Of a stretch of 64,000 nucleotides of DNA, positions 24,400 through 36,815 are shown piece after piece. The stretch lies in the NCBI GenBank assembly GCA_030264375.1, contig JASCQW010000098.1:76303551-76367550 (forward strand). Reading direction: 5' to 3'. How positions within the stretch are numbered: position 1 is the stretch's first letter; each line of letters starts with the position of its first letter. The position numbers and the translations under genes are program-made. A model generated the notes under the pieces. That model saw only the letters and a list, made by a program, of their open reading frames with translations. It did not search any database and was not told the DNA's origin. Source of the DNA: Carcharhinus longimanus. Its lineage: Eukaryota.

Positions 24400-25060
24400 T
24401 GTCACTGTGTATTCTCAATTGAAGATTTATTGAAAATGTTCTTTCCGGAATAGCCGGATGGCATTATCACCCTTGAAAAGAGAAATAATGTGCTGTGAGC
24501 AGCAAAGAGAGTTTTGTCCATTTGACTTTGATCTATAGGTGGCCCTGATGTCTTCAGAAAAGCTTGGCATGTCATGGTAGTCAGTATCTTGTTGGATCTT
24601 TGGTTTTCTCTTTCCACCACATGCCCTTTGTCTTCCAATTTTGTCATTGGGCATCAGCGTTATGCTGTTTTGATACTGCCTTCTTGACTTGTGACCTTGG
24701 ATTATTCTGCAGCAATGGCGGCTGCTCATTTTTGTTCTAGGAATTCAGATATCAGTGTTTTCATTGAACCAGTCCTGGTGATGACAGTGCTCAAACACAA
24801 TGGACCCAAGAGTCTGGAGCTGAGTTTTATTTGTTCCCACTCTTCTGAAATTGAGTTGGGTGTATTGAAGGTTATCTGCGTTGGTTGTGAGCTGTGCTTT
24901 GAATTCCTCTTTTTGGTCTGGCTGCTTTAGAGCTGGGACATTGACCTTCTGCCTCTTTGAGGTTTTTTGGGTCTTGAAATATCTTGGTGCTGGGTGGATG
25001 TTCATTACCAGTCAAACAAATCAATGATCTCATCAGCAGGCATCAGTCCAGTAATGAGCA
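24400..25060 (-). mobile_element. RTE-clade LINE ORF fragment
   Basis: KVNVPALKQP...HQDWFNENTDI and IQQDTDYHDMPSFSEDIRATY...KEHF resemble the RTE EN-RT linker motifs. Confidence 0.7.
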
Positions 25061-25694
25061 ACTTAGTGAGTGGGTTGCATGAGTGGCCCTCCTTCACCTC
25101 AGTGGGCTACAAGATTGAAATCTGACTTGTTCACTAAGTGTGACCTCATGAGTAAGATTAAATGCATTTAATACACACTGAATATTTCATAATGAGTGAT
25201 TGAAAATGCTTCATCATTCATATTTTAGTAGAACAACCGACTTCAAACAGTAAAACAAAAATAAATATTTATACTTTGCTTGGAAGCAGAGCTCTCTTAT
25301 TCAATGTTGTGTACAATCAGTGCACACCTGATTAATGTGCTCTTGCTTTATGTCTGCATCATTTCAGTCATTACATGGATGGAAACCAGCAGAATCTGGC
25401 AACATTGCACATGAGCAACAGTCAACATGATGTCTCATAGGGCACACGCAGAGCCCCAATGGGCCCCATGTGATTCGTGGGCCACAGATTTCCCAATTAG
25501 TCCCTCACAGGGATCAAGTGATACAGACATCACTTAGATCTTTGACCTGAAAAATGACATAATCCAGGAGGGAGCAGCCTTTGAGGTTGGCAGCTCATCT
25601 CGTGGTCAGATTTGAAACCAAGTTTGTGAACAGTCTGGTTCATCCTCATGATTGTCAAGGAGAAAACCAGAGTCAGTAGCTAGAGAATGGAGTT

Positions 25695-26020
25695 TGTAGT
25701 GGGGACCAAAGACAGTGCTCAGAATTCTTGTTCCAAGTGTGGGCTCCTCATGTCAGGTGTTCTCTCGTGTCCCAACCCTGGGTTTTGGCAGTGTAAAATT
25801 CCTGGTGCGATTTATGAAGAGATTGCCAATGAATTGCCAAGATGTGTTCTCACTATTCAATGAAGGAAAGCGGATGAGCTCCAGAGTCTGCAGGGCAAAG
25901 AGCAGGCCATCTAGCACCGACAGATCATACCCCCATCGTCAGAGATACAGGAGAGAGACGAGAGCATCTCAAAGTGGGGGCAACTTGAAGACTTTTGGAA
26001 GTGAAAATGAACTTGGCCAC
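25695..26020 (+). pseudogene. Possible trihelix/MSANTD-type Myb remnant (Harbinger accessory gene)
   Basis: LFQVW...GAIYEEIANEL...TIQ*RK...RYRRETRASQSGGNLKTFGSENEL across frames resembles the Myb_DNA-bind_4 pattern. Confidence 0.4.
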
Positions 26021-26781
26021 AGCTGCCAGACTGTTAGCACAGAGAGGGAGCTCTTCCACAGGGCAACTTAGCTGCCAGAGCACTGGTGCAGAGAAGTAGC
26101 TCTTCCACAGAACAACTGATAGCCACTACTGTGGCCACCCCACAATTGCAAAAACAAGTGAGTGTCAGCAATGTTAGATGGAGTGTTGATCCCCCAGTTT
26201 GCTACCAATGGAAACTTCCATTCCTGGGCCAAGTTTCAGCCACTGTGGGATGCTTGCCAGTTGAAAAATCCCAGTCAGCCTCTGGGCACTGTAGTTGGCC
26301 CTTTGAAAAACTTAAAAGGTTTCCCTCATGACCAAGCAGCCAAACTTGCTTGCTCCAAAGCGGCCCAGAGGAAAGAAACATTGTGACTTGCTGCTCTCTA
26401 ATAACTTCGGGGCCTTCCCACCTCTGATGAGAATAGAAAATTCTGCCTAATACTTAATATTCCCAATCACAGTATAATGCTCAGCAAGGGAAGGGTTATA
26501 GAAAGGAAATAACAGTAAATAGGAAAAATAATCTCCTTAAATGTGATGGTCTTAATAGCCCTCTTATTGTGAGAAAGGCAAGGTTGTGGTTCAGCTGGTT
26601 ACACCAATCAGCAACTCAGAGGACTGGCCTACCTAAATGTTGCATCTTTACTTCATCTTAAAATGTAGGTGCTTTACACATGAAAAATATCCAAAGGAGA
26701 GGAACAAAATTCTGAATGGTAGCCCCTCTACAGGGAAACTGCAATGGTAAACCTCTGTCTCCCTCACTGTCTCCCTATATG

Positions 26782-27135
26782 GGGGAGGTGATGGCCTAGT
26801 GGCATAATCACTAGACTATTAATCCAGAAATTCAGCTAATGTTCTGGAGACCGGGGTTCGAATCCCATCATGGCAAATGGTAGAATTTGAATTCAATAAA
26901 AAATACCTGGAATTAGGAGTCTACAGATGACCATGAAACCATTGTTGATTGTCGTAAGAATCCACTAATGTCCTTTAGGGAAGGAAATCTGCCGTCTTTA
27001 CACAGTCTGGCCTACATGTGATGCCACAGCCACAACGATGTGGTTGACTTTCAACCACCCTCGGGCAGCTAGGGATGGGCAATAACTGCTGGCCAGCCAC
27101 CAGCACTCATGTGCCATGAATGAATTTTTTTAAAA
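26782..27135 (+). mobile_element. Third SINE family copy
   Basis: ggaggtgatggcctagtgg...ggttcgaatccc B-box...gggcaataactgctggccagcc. Confidence 0.8.
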
Positions 27136-27814
27136 ATGACAGCCTGTAAAATCTGCCTGTTTGACCAAGCTTTTGATCATCCAGAGCTCCCCCTCTGCAT
27201 TAGCGGTCTGGCAGTGGTGGCCAATTATATTCTCACCCCCCATACGGCTCCGTGAAGCACTAGGTCAGTATAAGCTCTTGTCATTGTCGCCTGTAATGAC
27301 AGAATTCCTAAAAATGGAACAAAGGAGAAATGTGGAGAAAACTGCAACTTCTTATTTTGAAGAGTTGATGTTCCTCCAGATGCTGAGGTAAATAAGGGCA
27401 TCTCTAAATGGAACTGAATGCCACCCTTTAGTTAAAACTCAGATAAAATCTGAAAGCAGAGTACTGCAGATGCTCAAAATCTGAAATAAAAACAGAAAAT
27501 GCTGGAAGTTATGATGGTTGAAAGGTCACAGACTTGAGACATTAACTATTTTTCCTGTGGTTTTTACTGTTTATATATATCTCAGTTAAAATTTGCTTGG
27601 AACTAGTTCTCCAACCAAGTCCTGCAGTCATCAAGGCGTTTGATAACTCGGACCTAAATGAGAAAGAGACTTGCTGGGTATCACAAGGAAAACAAAAACT
27701 TGTCACTCATTTTGTATACATGTCTTTAGCAGGCTTCTTGTAGTATTTCCATTTTCCAAGTTATGAGGTTATTGAAGGAAGGAGAAACTTAGCTTCAGGA
27801 TCCTCTCTGGCTTT

Positions 27815-28456
27815 TTGATATAATTTGGTATGATTTGATATAATTTGATATGATTTTATATGATTTGATATGATTTATTATTTCATGTATTGGTATACAA
27901 TGAAAAGTATTGTTTCTTGTGCACTATACAGACAAAGCATACCATTCATATGGAAAGAAACAAGAGAGTGCAAAATGTAGCGTTACAGTCATAGCTAGGG
28001 TGTAGAGAAAGATCAACTTAGTGCAAGGTAGGTCCATTCAAAAGTCTAATGGCAGCAGGAAAGAAGCTGTTCTTGAGTCGGTTGGAATGTGACTTCAAAT
28101 TTTCTCTTCCATCTTCTTCCCAACAGAAGAAGGTGGAAGAGAGAACGTCTAGGGTGTGTGGAATCCTTAATTATGCTGGCTGCTTTGCGGAGGCAGCGGT
28201 AAGTGTAGACAGAGTCAGTGGATGGGAAGCTGGTTTGTATGATGGATTGGGTGACATTCACAATATCTTGTAGATTCTTTTGATCTTGGGCAGAGCAGGA
28301 GCCATACCAATCTGTGAAATACCCAGAAAGAATGCTTTCAATGGTGCATCTGTAAACGTTGGTGAGAGTCCTAGCTGACATTTCAAATTTCCTTATTCTT
28401 CCGAGAAAGTTGAGACATTGGTGCCTTTCTTAGCTATAGTGTCGGCGTGAGGGGAC
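27815..28456 (-). mobile_element. Rex1/Babar-type LINE 3' end with (ATCATATCAA)n-like tail
   Basis: YRCTIESILSGYFTDWYGSCSAQDQKNLQ...RCLRKAASIIKDSTHP. Degenerate 10-mer tandem tail at 27815-27875. Confidence 0.85.
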
Positions 28457-30171
28457 NNNNNNNNNNNNNNNNNNNNNNNNNNNNNNNNNNNNNNNNNNNN
28501 NNNNNNNNNNNNNNNNNNNNNNNNNNNNNNNNNNNNNNNNNNNNNNNNNNNNNNNNGCAATAATTAAGAAATGGATGAATGTATTAGTTTTCTTTATTTA
28601 ACATCCCATCCCCCTCCCCCCCCCCCCATTTTTCTCTCCATCTCACACACCCAATTATAACCACAAGGGTAGTTATATAATTCACTTTGCAGTATCCACA
28701 ATTGCACTCAGTTTACTGCCCTTTTTGCAGGCTAACACCTGAGCAAACAGCAGGCATGTAGGTTCTGGTATTCTCAGTTCACTGCACAACAAAAGCTAGG
28801 GCCCTGTAACCATCCTTGACATTGGCTTGAAATTGACATTAGATACATCGGTTATATGAAATTTGACTGCTCAGACTTTGAACACTCAGCAGATTGGAAG
28901 ACTGAAGTTGTATCCCGCTATTCGATGATACAGCATGTTCAAACATATCAGACCATCTTATCCCTTGCAGCTGGATGAGGTTAATATCAAATATATTATT
29001 GTCAATTCCAATGCACAGGAACTGTTCTGTTAACATAAGCATGTGAGAGAGCTCTAGAAGGTTATTTCTTCATGAAATAATTGGTTTCTTGCTAATGCTG
29101 CTCTGTGTCATTGCCTGGTTGACATTTTCCATCAACTTGAAGAAATCTTGCAAGACCTTCATTGACATGGCAAGTTGCATACTAGGATGTATTACTTCAC
29201 AATTGTCCATATTCTAAGTTTCAGGCCACGGTCCCACCCTGTATTGGGGCTTGGATTTTGAGAGTTAGGAAGATCCGACAGACCTTTAACAATGGCAGGC
29301 AAACCCGAAAACAGATGTCCCACCCCCATTTTGGAATGATCTCATTTTTGTAAGTTGCGGAAAAGGATAAGACATGATTCACAAAGGAATGAGTTCAAAC
29401 AGACCCCATTTTGACAACATCAAGATTCTTAACCACAGTGTGGGAGTCACAAATTTATGCAGGCGACGTAAACAAGTGCTGCAATATTAATTTTATTGAT
29501 AGGTCAGGTGGTACAGCTTCTGTTCTAGCACTTTAAATAGTTGTTTGTTGGTATCTCCCTAAGGGCTCTTTATGAATGTTTGGCTGATTTTCAAAAGCCA
29601 CAACAGTTTCAGCAAAGTGTTCAAAGTCTGTGGGCAGGATTGGATGGCCTCGCTCGTCCTGAAACCGTAAAATCCTGTCCGAGGTCAACAGAACTTTCTA
29701 TGCTCCGCTCCTTACCCGCACAAATCCCTGTGGCAGGCAGGATGGTAAAATTCGTGCCCACGTTTTAATTACCAGGTTAAAGAACCTATTCAAGAATTAA
29801 CTGTCTTTGATGTGCAGTATGTAAAGAATATTGCAACATTCTGAGATATTCTTTCCTATGTGGTTGTTCAAGTTGGAAATATTCCCGACTTGAGCTGCCT
29901 GTCTGAATAGTGAAAATTCCAGCCTTACGTTTTCCCATTCAAATTAATGCTGAATGTTAGTAACAGTATTTCCTTTCTGGGGAAAGGAGCTCCTAAAGAT
30001 ATAGGATAACTTTTTTAATGGCAGCATTTTATTGAGTATTTAATTTTCTTGCAGTACACTATTGCCACAGATTTAATTGATTGAAGATAAGGAAGATATA
30101 ATAAGGAATACAATGAGGATCGAGTAGAATCTGAACTATTATACTACCAACAGATCTAAAAGCCCAGAACG

Positions 30172-30500
30172 TGGGTGGCACGGTGGCACAGTGGTTAGCA
30201 CTGCTGCCTCACAGCGCCAGGGTCCCAGGTTCAATTCCAGCCTTGGGTGACTGCCTGTGTGGAGTTTGCATGGTCTTGCTGTGTCTGCATGGGTTTCCTC
30301 TGGGTGCCCCGGTTTCCTCCCATAGTCCAAAGATGTGCAGGTTGGGTTGATTGGCCATGCTAAATTGACTCAAGTGTCAGGGGGATTAGCAAGATAAATG
30401 TGTGGGATTGCGGGAGTAGGCCTGGTGGGATTGTGGTCAGTACTGACTCGATGGACCGAATGGCCTCCTTCTGTAGGGATTCAATTCTATTCTATGGATT
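30172..30500 (+). mobile_element. HE1-type V-SINE
   Basis: Full-length copy. Confidence 0.9.
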
Positions 30501-30519
30501 CTATTCTACATGGGCTTCC

Positions 30520-30800
30520 TAATGATCAGAAGGATGAACTTCCACAAGTTGCGTAGCTTTATGATACGCTGCAAGCCCAGCTTCACACAACCTCGTCCAC
30601 AGATGCCTTTGCCAGCAGTATTCAAAGTCGCCTCCCTCCTCTATTGTTACAGCTCCACCTCCTCGCAGGCCAACACATGGCCATCTGTCACAATCAGTAA
30701 AATTCCTATTCAAATAATAAATATGTACCAGATACCTCAAGTACTTTCCTTCAAGGTCAAAGCCCGGAGCTTTTTTTCTCCTGAGCAGTATGATGCAGTC
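30520..30800 (+). pseudogene. Harbinger (HARBI1-like) transposase N-terminal remnant
   Basis: PLPAVFKVASLLYCYSSTSSQANTWPSVTISK aligns by eye to the HARBI1-family LPV..KV...L.FYASGSFQ..GD...ISQ motif. Confidence 0.55.
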
Positions 30801-30859
30801 ACCAAATGTTGTCATGTTATGGTGTAGCAGCACACTCTTCTTTCCATCAGAGAATGATG

Positions 30860-31360
30860 CCTCTATCCAGGACCTGAATAGGCTGACACTGCAGCACGGA
30901 GAGATTGCTACACTGATTTTTGGATGAGATGTGCTAGGTTGTCTGTCCTGTGACTTATGTGGATGTTAAAGATTCCTGAGCATCATTTGAGGAAGAGCAG
31001 TGATTCTCCTTATTTCCTTCCTTAAGCAACATCACCAGCAATGATGAGTGGATTGTTGTTATTACTATTTGTGAGATTTTGCTATATGGAGGTGAAAAAT
31101 AATCTGTCTGATTTACATGCAAATCAGCAACTAATACGAATACTTCCTCTGGCTTCCCCGTGGCATTTTTCTTGGCTGCCGGTGGGATTTTCTGGTCCTG
31201 CCAGTGTCAACGGGATTTCCCATTGAATCCACCCCATGCCCGGGAAATGGGTGCAGCAGCAGTGCACCGTAGTGTGAAGAGCCAGGAGATGGCACCCCTA
31301 ACGTATGAAGTGATTTTGAACAATTTTCTGAGTGGGCTGATTGAAATTATGTTAAATATT
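30860..31360 (+). mobile_element. Old DeuSINE (SacSINE1-like) remnant with an inserted small MITE
   Basis: ggatgagatg...gtggatgttaaagattcc...gaagagcag...aacatcacc...tttgtgagattttgct resembles the Deu domain. Confidence 0.55.
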
Positions 31361-31626
31361 GGGAATTAACTACTCCAAATTAAAATAAGTATCTCAAGTA
31401 AGTGTTGGGAAGAGAAGACTGAAACCGTTGCTTTTGATTCCCACTCCAAATTCCATTACCGGTTACTAATTCTGGGTGGACTTTTCCCAAAAAATGACTA
31501 ATGATTTTTCGGCCGCCTTCACCCCAGCTAAGCTTCCAGAGGCATGCAGAATGGGATAATTCCTTCCTAAGTGTCACAGCAGTGAGACAACTGAGCAATC
31601 TGTACCAACCTGACCAGTGAATTCAG

Positions 31627-32600
31627 GACTGCAATCGTCCCACACTTTGTCATTTTTTTTTGGGACAGCGGTGAATTGTGCGCTGGTTCTGGGAGGGCAG
31701 GGCCTAAACACACCAGTCAGTCTGGCTGCAAAACAATTGGGTGCCATTTTGAAAGGGTGATCTGATTTCACTGTGCACTGGAAAACACCCTCCCTCCCCC
31801 CACAGACATTGTGAATCCTCTCTTATTGGTGGCATGTTTCCCCACCCATTTCTTGACTTGGATCATTGGCATTGGGGCATTGGAACCTTCCCAATGGGTC
31901 CCCNNNNNNNNNNCCCCTTACATGACCCCCAACATGCCCCACCCCTTCACCACCCTCCTTCATAGCTCTCCCATCATAGCGCCCCTCTGCATAGCTCGCC
32001 TTCGAGACCCAGACAGGCCCCACTCCCACTCAGGCCCCATCCCCTTGGCACTGCTCCAGCACACTGGCAGTGCCAACTGGCATTGCGAGTGTGCCACGTG
32101 AGCACTGTCAGATAGGTACTGCCTAGCCATGGCCTGACCACCCAGGGNNNNNNNNNNNNNNNNNNNNNNNNNNNNNNNNNNNNNNNNNNNNNNNNNNNNN
32201 NNNNNNNNNNNNNNNNNNNNNNNNNNNNNNNNNNNNNNNNNNNNNNNCCGGACCACCCCGGGACTTCAATGCCCCCCCCCCCCAACCCTGTTTAGCCACT
32301 GTGCCTGGTCTCCGCTAGTGGAGACCAGTAGAGAGTCTTGTCAGGTTCTCACTGTGCCCAAGATCCTGGGAGTTCGGAGGATCCAGTATCAAAGTGGCTA
32401 GGCATATTTAAATGCTACTTTAACAATGCTAATTGGCTTTGTGTCCTTTCTGGACACAATCCAGTTTGTGCCAATAGCAAGGGGCCCGGGTCAATTGCAA
32501 ACCGTTTGGTGGCAGGCACAAAACCTGTTTATAGGCCAACATGCAATTTTCTGGAATTGGTGCCATTTGTGCCAAGTGCGGCAAGGCCAGAAAATCACCT
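31627..32600. mobile_element. GC-rich non-autonomous DNA element inserted in an L2 fragment
   Basis: Shares ggcagtgcca/ggcactgcc motifs with 4410-5484. Degenerate TIRs. Confidence 0.55.
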
Positions 32601-33290
32601 GCTATATCTCTCTTTCTGGCAACTGTCTGGGACTAAACCAGATTGTTCACAAGCTTGAGGTCATATCTGAGCCCACAGTGAGCTTCTGATGACATTGAAA
32701 CCATCACCACTATCACCTTTTTCCATTTCACTACCATTTTCTAACTTAATACTTGACTCCGTTCACTTGCTGCGGAAACCCTCTGTTGTTACCTGTAGAC
32801 TTAACTATTCCAAAGCCCTGCTGGTTGGTTTCCCACATTCTACCCTCTGGAAACTTGGGTCCTTCCAAAACTGTGCTCTTATGTCCTAACTCGTAGCAAG
32901 TCCCATTCACCTATCACGCCTGTGGTTGCTTACTGGCTCACAGTCAAACAACTTTGAATTTTAATAATCTTGTTCTTCTTTTCAAATCCTTCTATGTACT
33001 TGCCCCTTCTCTATCTCCGTGTTCTCCTCCACACCACAGCTCCTGTATCTTTCCTGTATCATTCTCTATCTTTAGTTGCCGAGGCCACAAGCGCAGAAAT
33101 TCCCTCCCTACACCTCTCTGTCTCTCTGCTTCTCTTTCCTGTCTTAGGACACGCCTTAAAATCTATCTCTTTGACCAAGCTTTCAGACATCCGAGACATA
33201 TTTCATTTTTTTTACCAGACCTGTGAAGTGCCTGGATAGTTCTTATTACTTTTCAGGTGCCTTATTAGTATAAGTTGTTGCTATTGTTGT
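32600..33290 (+). mobile_element. L2 LINE 3' fragment
   Basis: gctgcggaaaccctc...gttacctgtagacttaactattccaa (VTSRLDY.N motif)...tttgaccaagcttt...gttgttgct tail. Confidence 0.7.
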
Positions 33291-33549
33291 ACATATGTTT
33301 TCTTAATTAATGGAGTTCCTGAGGTCCAAGACACAATGATCTGCATGAATCAAAAGAAATTCAGCTGTGTCATTGTACAGTTGGCCAATGATCAGGAATA
33401 CTGAGTCATGTTGGTCAATTTTCCCACTCAGCAGTTCATGGCGCATTCATTAAAAGGTGACGGTTCGTGGCAACTTCTTGGAAACCAAAGGTACCCAGCT
33501 ACTGAGCCCTGGTTAATGATACACCAAGACCAGACAAAGATTGATGTGT

Positions 33550-33758
33550 GGATAATCTCAGTAGGTCTGGCAGTGTCTGTAAGGAGAGAAAAGAGCTGAT
33601 GTCCAGATGAGTCCAGATGATCTTTGTCAATGCTTTGACAAAGGGTCATATGGAGTTGAAGCATCAGTTCTTTTCTCCTTGCATATGCTTCCAGACTTGC
33701 TGAGATTTTCCAGCATTTTCTCTTTTGGTTTCAGATTCCAGCATCTGCAGTAATTTGC
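33550..33758. mobile_element. Palindromic Penelope-derived element with degenerate hammerhead motifs
   Basis: Inverted arms centred on ctttgtcaatgctttgacaaag. Same family as 59286-59497. Confidence 0.7.
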
Positions 33759-34159
33759 GCTTATAGAGATTGATGTGTGCAGAGTTTGCCTGAAGAGCCA
33801 ATCATGATATGTGGACAAACTGGGATGGATCCTAACATTCTTTCAGATACTGCAATCTTCTGCACTTTCTTTTTGGAAAATAAAAACCTAGACATCAATG
33901 CTGCTACTGATGTTGATACTTATACTTTCAAAGCTCTAGTTTATCAATTACCATCCAGTTAATTCATTGCAGTGAGTTTCCACCATATGTGTGTTCGTGT
34001 GTACAGGTGACTGTGTATATTTGAACCTGCCTCTGTACATAATACACAAAATAGGCTGGATTCATAATTAAGATGCCTTGTTCTTCTATAATTCAGGGAG
34101 TTGCTCCAAATGATGCTAATATCTCCAGATACAGCAGCATCATCTAAGAAAGAAAAGCT

Positions 34160-34490
34160 AAGGCCTAGTGGTATTATTGCTAGACTATTAATCCAGAAAC
34201 TCAGCTAAGGTTCTGGGGATAATGGGTTTGAATNNNNNNNNNNNNNNNNNNNNNNNNNNNNNNNNNNNNNNNNNNNNNNNNNNNNNNNNNNNNNNNNNNN
34301 NNNNNNNNNNNNNNNNNNNNNNNNNNNNNNNNNNNNNNNNNNNNNNNNNNNNNNAGGAAATCTGCCATCCTTACCTGGTCTGGCCTACATGTGACTCCAA
34401 AGCCACAGCAATGTGGTTGACTCTCAACTGCCCTCAAGCAAGTAGGGATGGGCAATAAATGCTGGCCAGCCAGCAACGGCCATGAATATA
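34160..34490 (+). mobile_element. Third SINE family copy spanning an N gap
   Basis: Head before the gap, core and tail after it. Confidence 0.8.
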
Positions 34491-34567
34491 AAAATGGGAA
34501 GCTTCCGTTTAAAGTGGCTCCAATATTTTCCTGTTTGACAAATTATTCATTTTTATTACATTGACAG

Positions 34568-34687
34568 GTTGCCTTGGCACCGTACCAGCACCTGGAGGAA
34601 GACATGAACAGTTTAAAACATGTTCTTGAAATGAAAAATCAGCAAATCCATCACCAAGAAAAGAAGATTATGGAACTGGAAAAACTG
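34568..34687 (+). CDS. MTUS2: MTUS2 internal coding exon (not in ORF track)
   Basis: ttgacag acceptor and CTG|gttaga donor. [40 protein letters not shown]. 120 nt, phase 0 to 0. Confidence 0.94.
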
Positions 34688-35597
34688 GTTAGAAGAAAAT
34701 CTGTGATTCTTTCTTGAAATTTCTGGGGTCAGATCCAATTGTGCAGCTTACAATCTGTGAAGTTTTGATGGAAGTTTCATATTGCAGAGTGTTGTATTTC
34801 AGTAAAGTATCCTATTGGTCAGGTTATCCCAAATACTGACATTCTGCTTTAAACTGGCTGCAAACTGTTGAAATTGTACTGGACCTGCAAAATGAGTGCT
34901 TTTTGCAGACTGCCAGTGCAGACTCAAAGGGACAAATGGCCTCCTTCTGCAACTGTAAAAGTTCTGTGAACACAAAGATTCTGTTGTGACTTTAAATTAG
35001 ATTAGTTTCAAAAGTAAGGTCCTCACAGCTTTCTTAGTCCTGACTTTGTTTTCACAAAGAGCTGCCTAGAGGTTCTGAATTATCAGAGGAACCATTTTCT
35101 TCAACCCACTCGAGACATTTGTGGACATGTGCCTCACCTCTCAATTTTCTGGCCACAGTGATGCAAAATCGTGTGGTAGGGCGCAAAGAATTCTGGACTT
35201 TGTTTGGCACGTAATGCTTCATGCCCAGAGTAGAGCTGATAAAAACTTGTCTCATCATCTCTAAGCTATAAACAGAAGGCCAACGTGCAGTCCCTATTCT
35301 CTGCCTTGGGTTAGGGAAGAACAAATTGATTGATCTCTGCTAGAAGTGTGTGTGTGTGCAGAAAAAGGGCAAAGGCAGGATCAGATGTGATGTTGTATGT
35401 CACAGAGCTCGCCAATACTCAGACGCTATTTTAACCTACCTCGCCTGGCAGGAATCTGACGGGGATTGGATTGGCTGAGTATTTTATACTCCACCCAATT
35501 TTATTTTCTATATGTACAATCCCATCAGTTTTCCAATAAGAAAGTTAGCTGATAAATACATATTTGTCCCCATCCCTTCCACAGTAAACAATATGTA

Positions 35598-36283
35598 GGG
35601 CAGGATTTTTGCCACCCTTTCACCAAAGAGTAGGCAGCAAACATATCCCCACCAATCATGGCAACACAGTGGCCACTGAACACTCCAAGAAACTTTTAAT
35701 TGGCTGGAGATGGGATTTCCACCCCTCATTCAGGAAGAAGTCCCGCCTGAGAAAGAACCACCCAATTTGTCTGGCCGGCAGCTTTGTAGCCCCGGCAGCA
35801 GACAGTGGGTAGAACAGGGCCTACAAGCGCTCCCCAAGTTGCAGAGTTCAGGAGCAGGTAAAGGCAGTGGAGAGTCTTGCAGTGGGGAGTGGAGGTGAAG
35901 TCCGGGAGTTAGGAAGGGTAGATGGAGAGGCTAATCAGGGACAATAAGCACCCACAAGGGCAGACCTTGAAGGGTGGCACCTGATGTGGTAAGAGGGTCC
36001 TTGAAGGAGGAGCCCCACCTCCCCACCAAAGGCTGAGGAGGGTGACCTGCCAGGCTTCTCCCTCCCCCAAACTCCCCCCACCAGCCTCAAAACTTTGGTC
36101 GAGTGGGAAACAACCCTAAGTAGCTAATAATTAGCTACTTAAGAGCCTGAATTGGGCTATCCGAGATCTTGCCCACCAATGTAAATTTGGGGATAAATCA
36201 GAGGCATGCAGGAGGACAGCAGGAAGACCACATGGAAACCTTAATGGCCCTACCCCACAGCAGGAAACTGTACAATTCTGCCC
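35598..36283. mobile_element. Old Harbinger-type non-autonomous element
   Basis: GGGCAGGATT.../...AATTCTGCCC termini. Internal similarity to 43985-44614. Confidence 0.55.
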
Positions 36284-36530
36284 AGAGTGTGATGGAAGCC
36301 AGGTGGAAATTTTGGATTTTTTTCCCTTATTCTTCTTACTCCCATAGAGTAAATATTTCTCTTCAATAATCTCATGAAATGGAAAAATATGCAAATCACT
36401 TAAAAATGATAAATAAAAAAGAGATAAAGATAGAGGAAAGAGCAAGAATAAAACCTGAGTGAAGACAAAAACCAGAGATGGAGGTCAAAAGGTAGAAGCT
36501 GCACTCATTTCAACATGGCCAGAGTTACAT

Positions 36531-36815
36531 AGCGGCATGGTGGCACAGTGATTATCACTACTGCCTCACAGCACCAGGGACCCGGGTTCAATTCCAGCCT
36601 TGGGTTACTGTCTGTGTGGAGTTTGCACATTCTCCCCATGTCTGCTCCGGTTTCCTCCAAAGATGTGCAGATAAGATGGATTGGCCACACTAAATTGCCC
36701 CTTAGTGTCAGCTAGGGTAAATACATACAGTTATGGGGATAGGGCCTGGATGGGATTGTGGTCGGTGCAGACTTATTGGGCTGAATGGCCTCCTTCTGTA
36801 CCATAGGATTCTATA
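36531..36815 (+). mobile_element. HE1-type V-SINE with internal deletions
   Basis: Head, core and HE1 tail. Confidence 0.88.

Noticed and set aside
27450-27560. Further hammerhead-like Penelope terminus remnants (also about 1170-1210)
   Set aside because: Core boxes too decayed to call a ribozyme.
27815-27875. Regularly spaced short repeats
   Set aside because: LINE 3' microsatellite tail; no spacers, so not CRISPR-like.
30172-30245. tRNA-like A/B boxes in SINE heads
   Set aside because: SINE-derived; no complete cloverleaf, so not called as tRNA genes.
33905-33962. DVDTYTFK resembles the missing exon's QVDTLTFQ
   Set aside because: No acceptor in position, similarity ends after 8 aa, and a stop follows.
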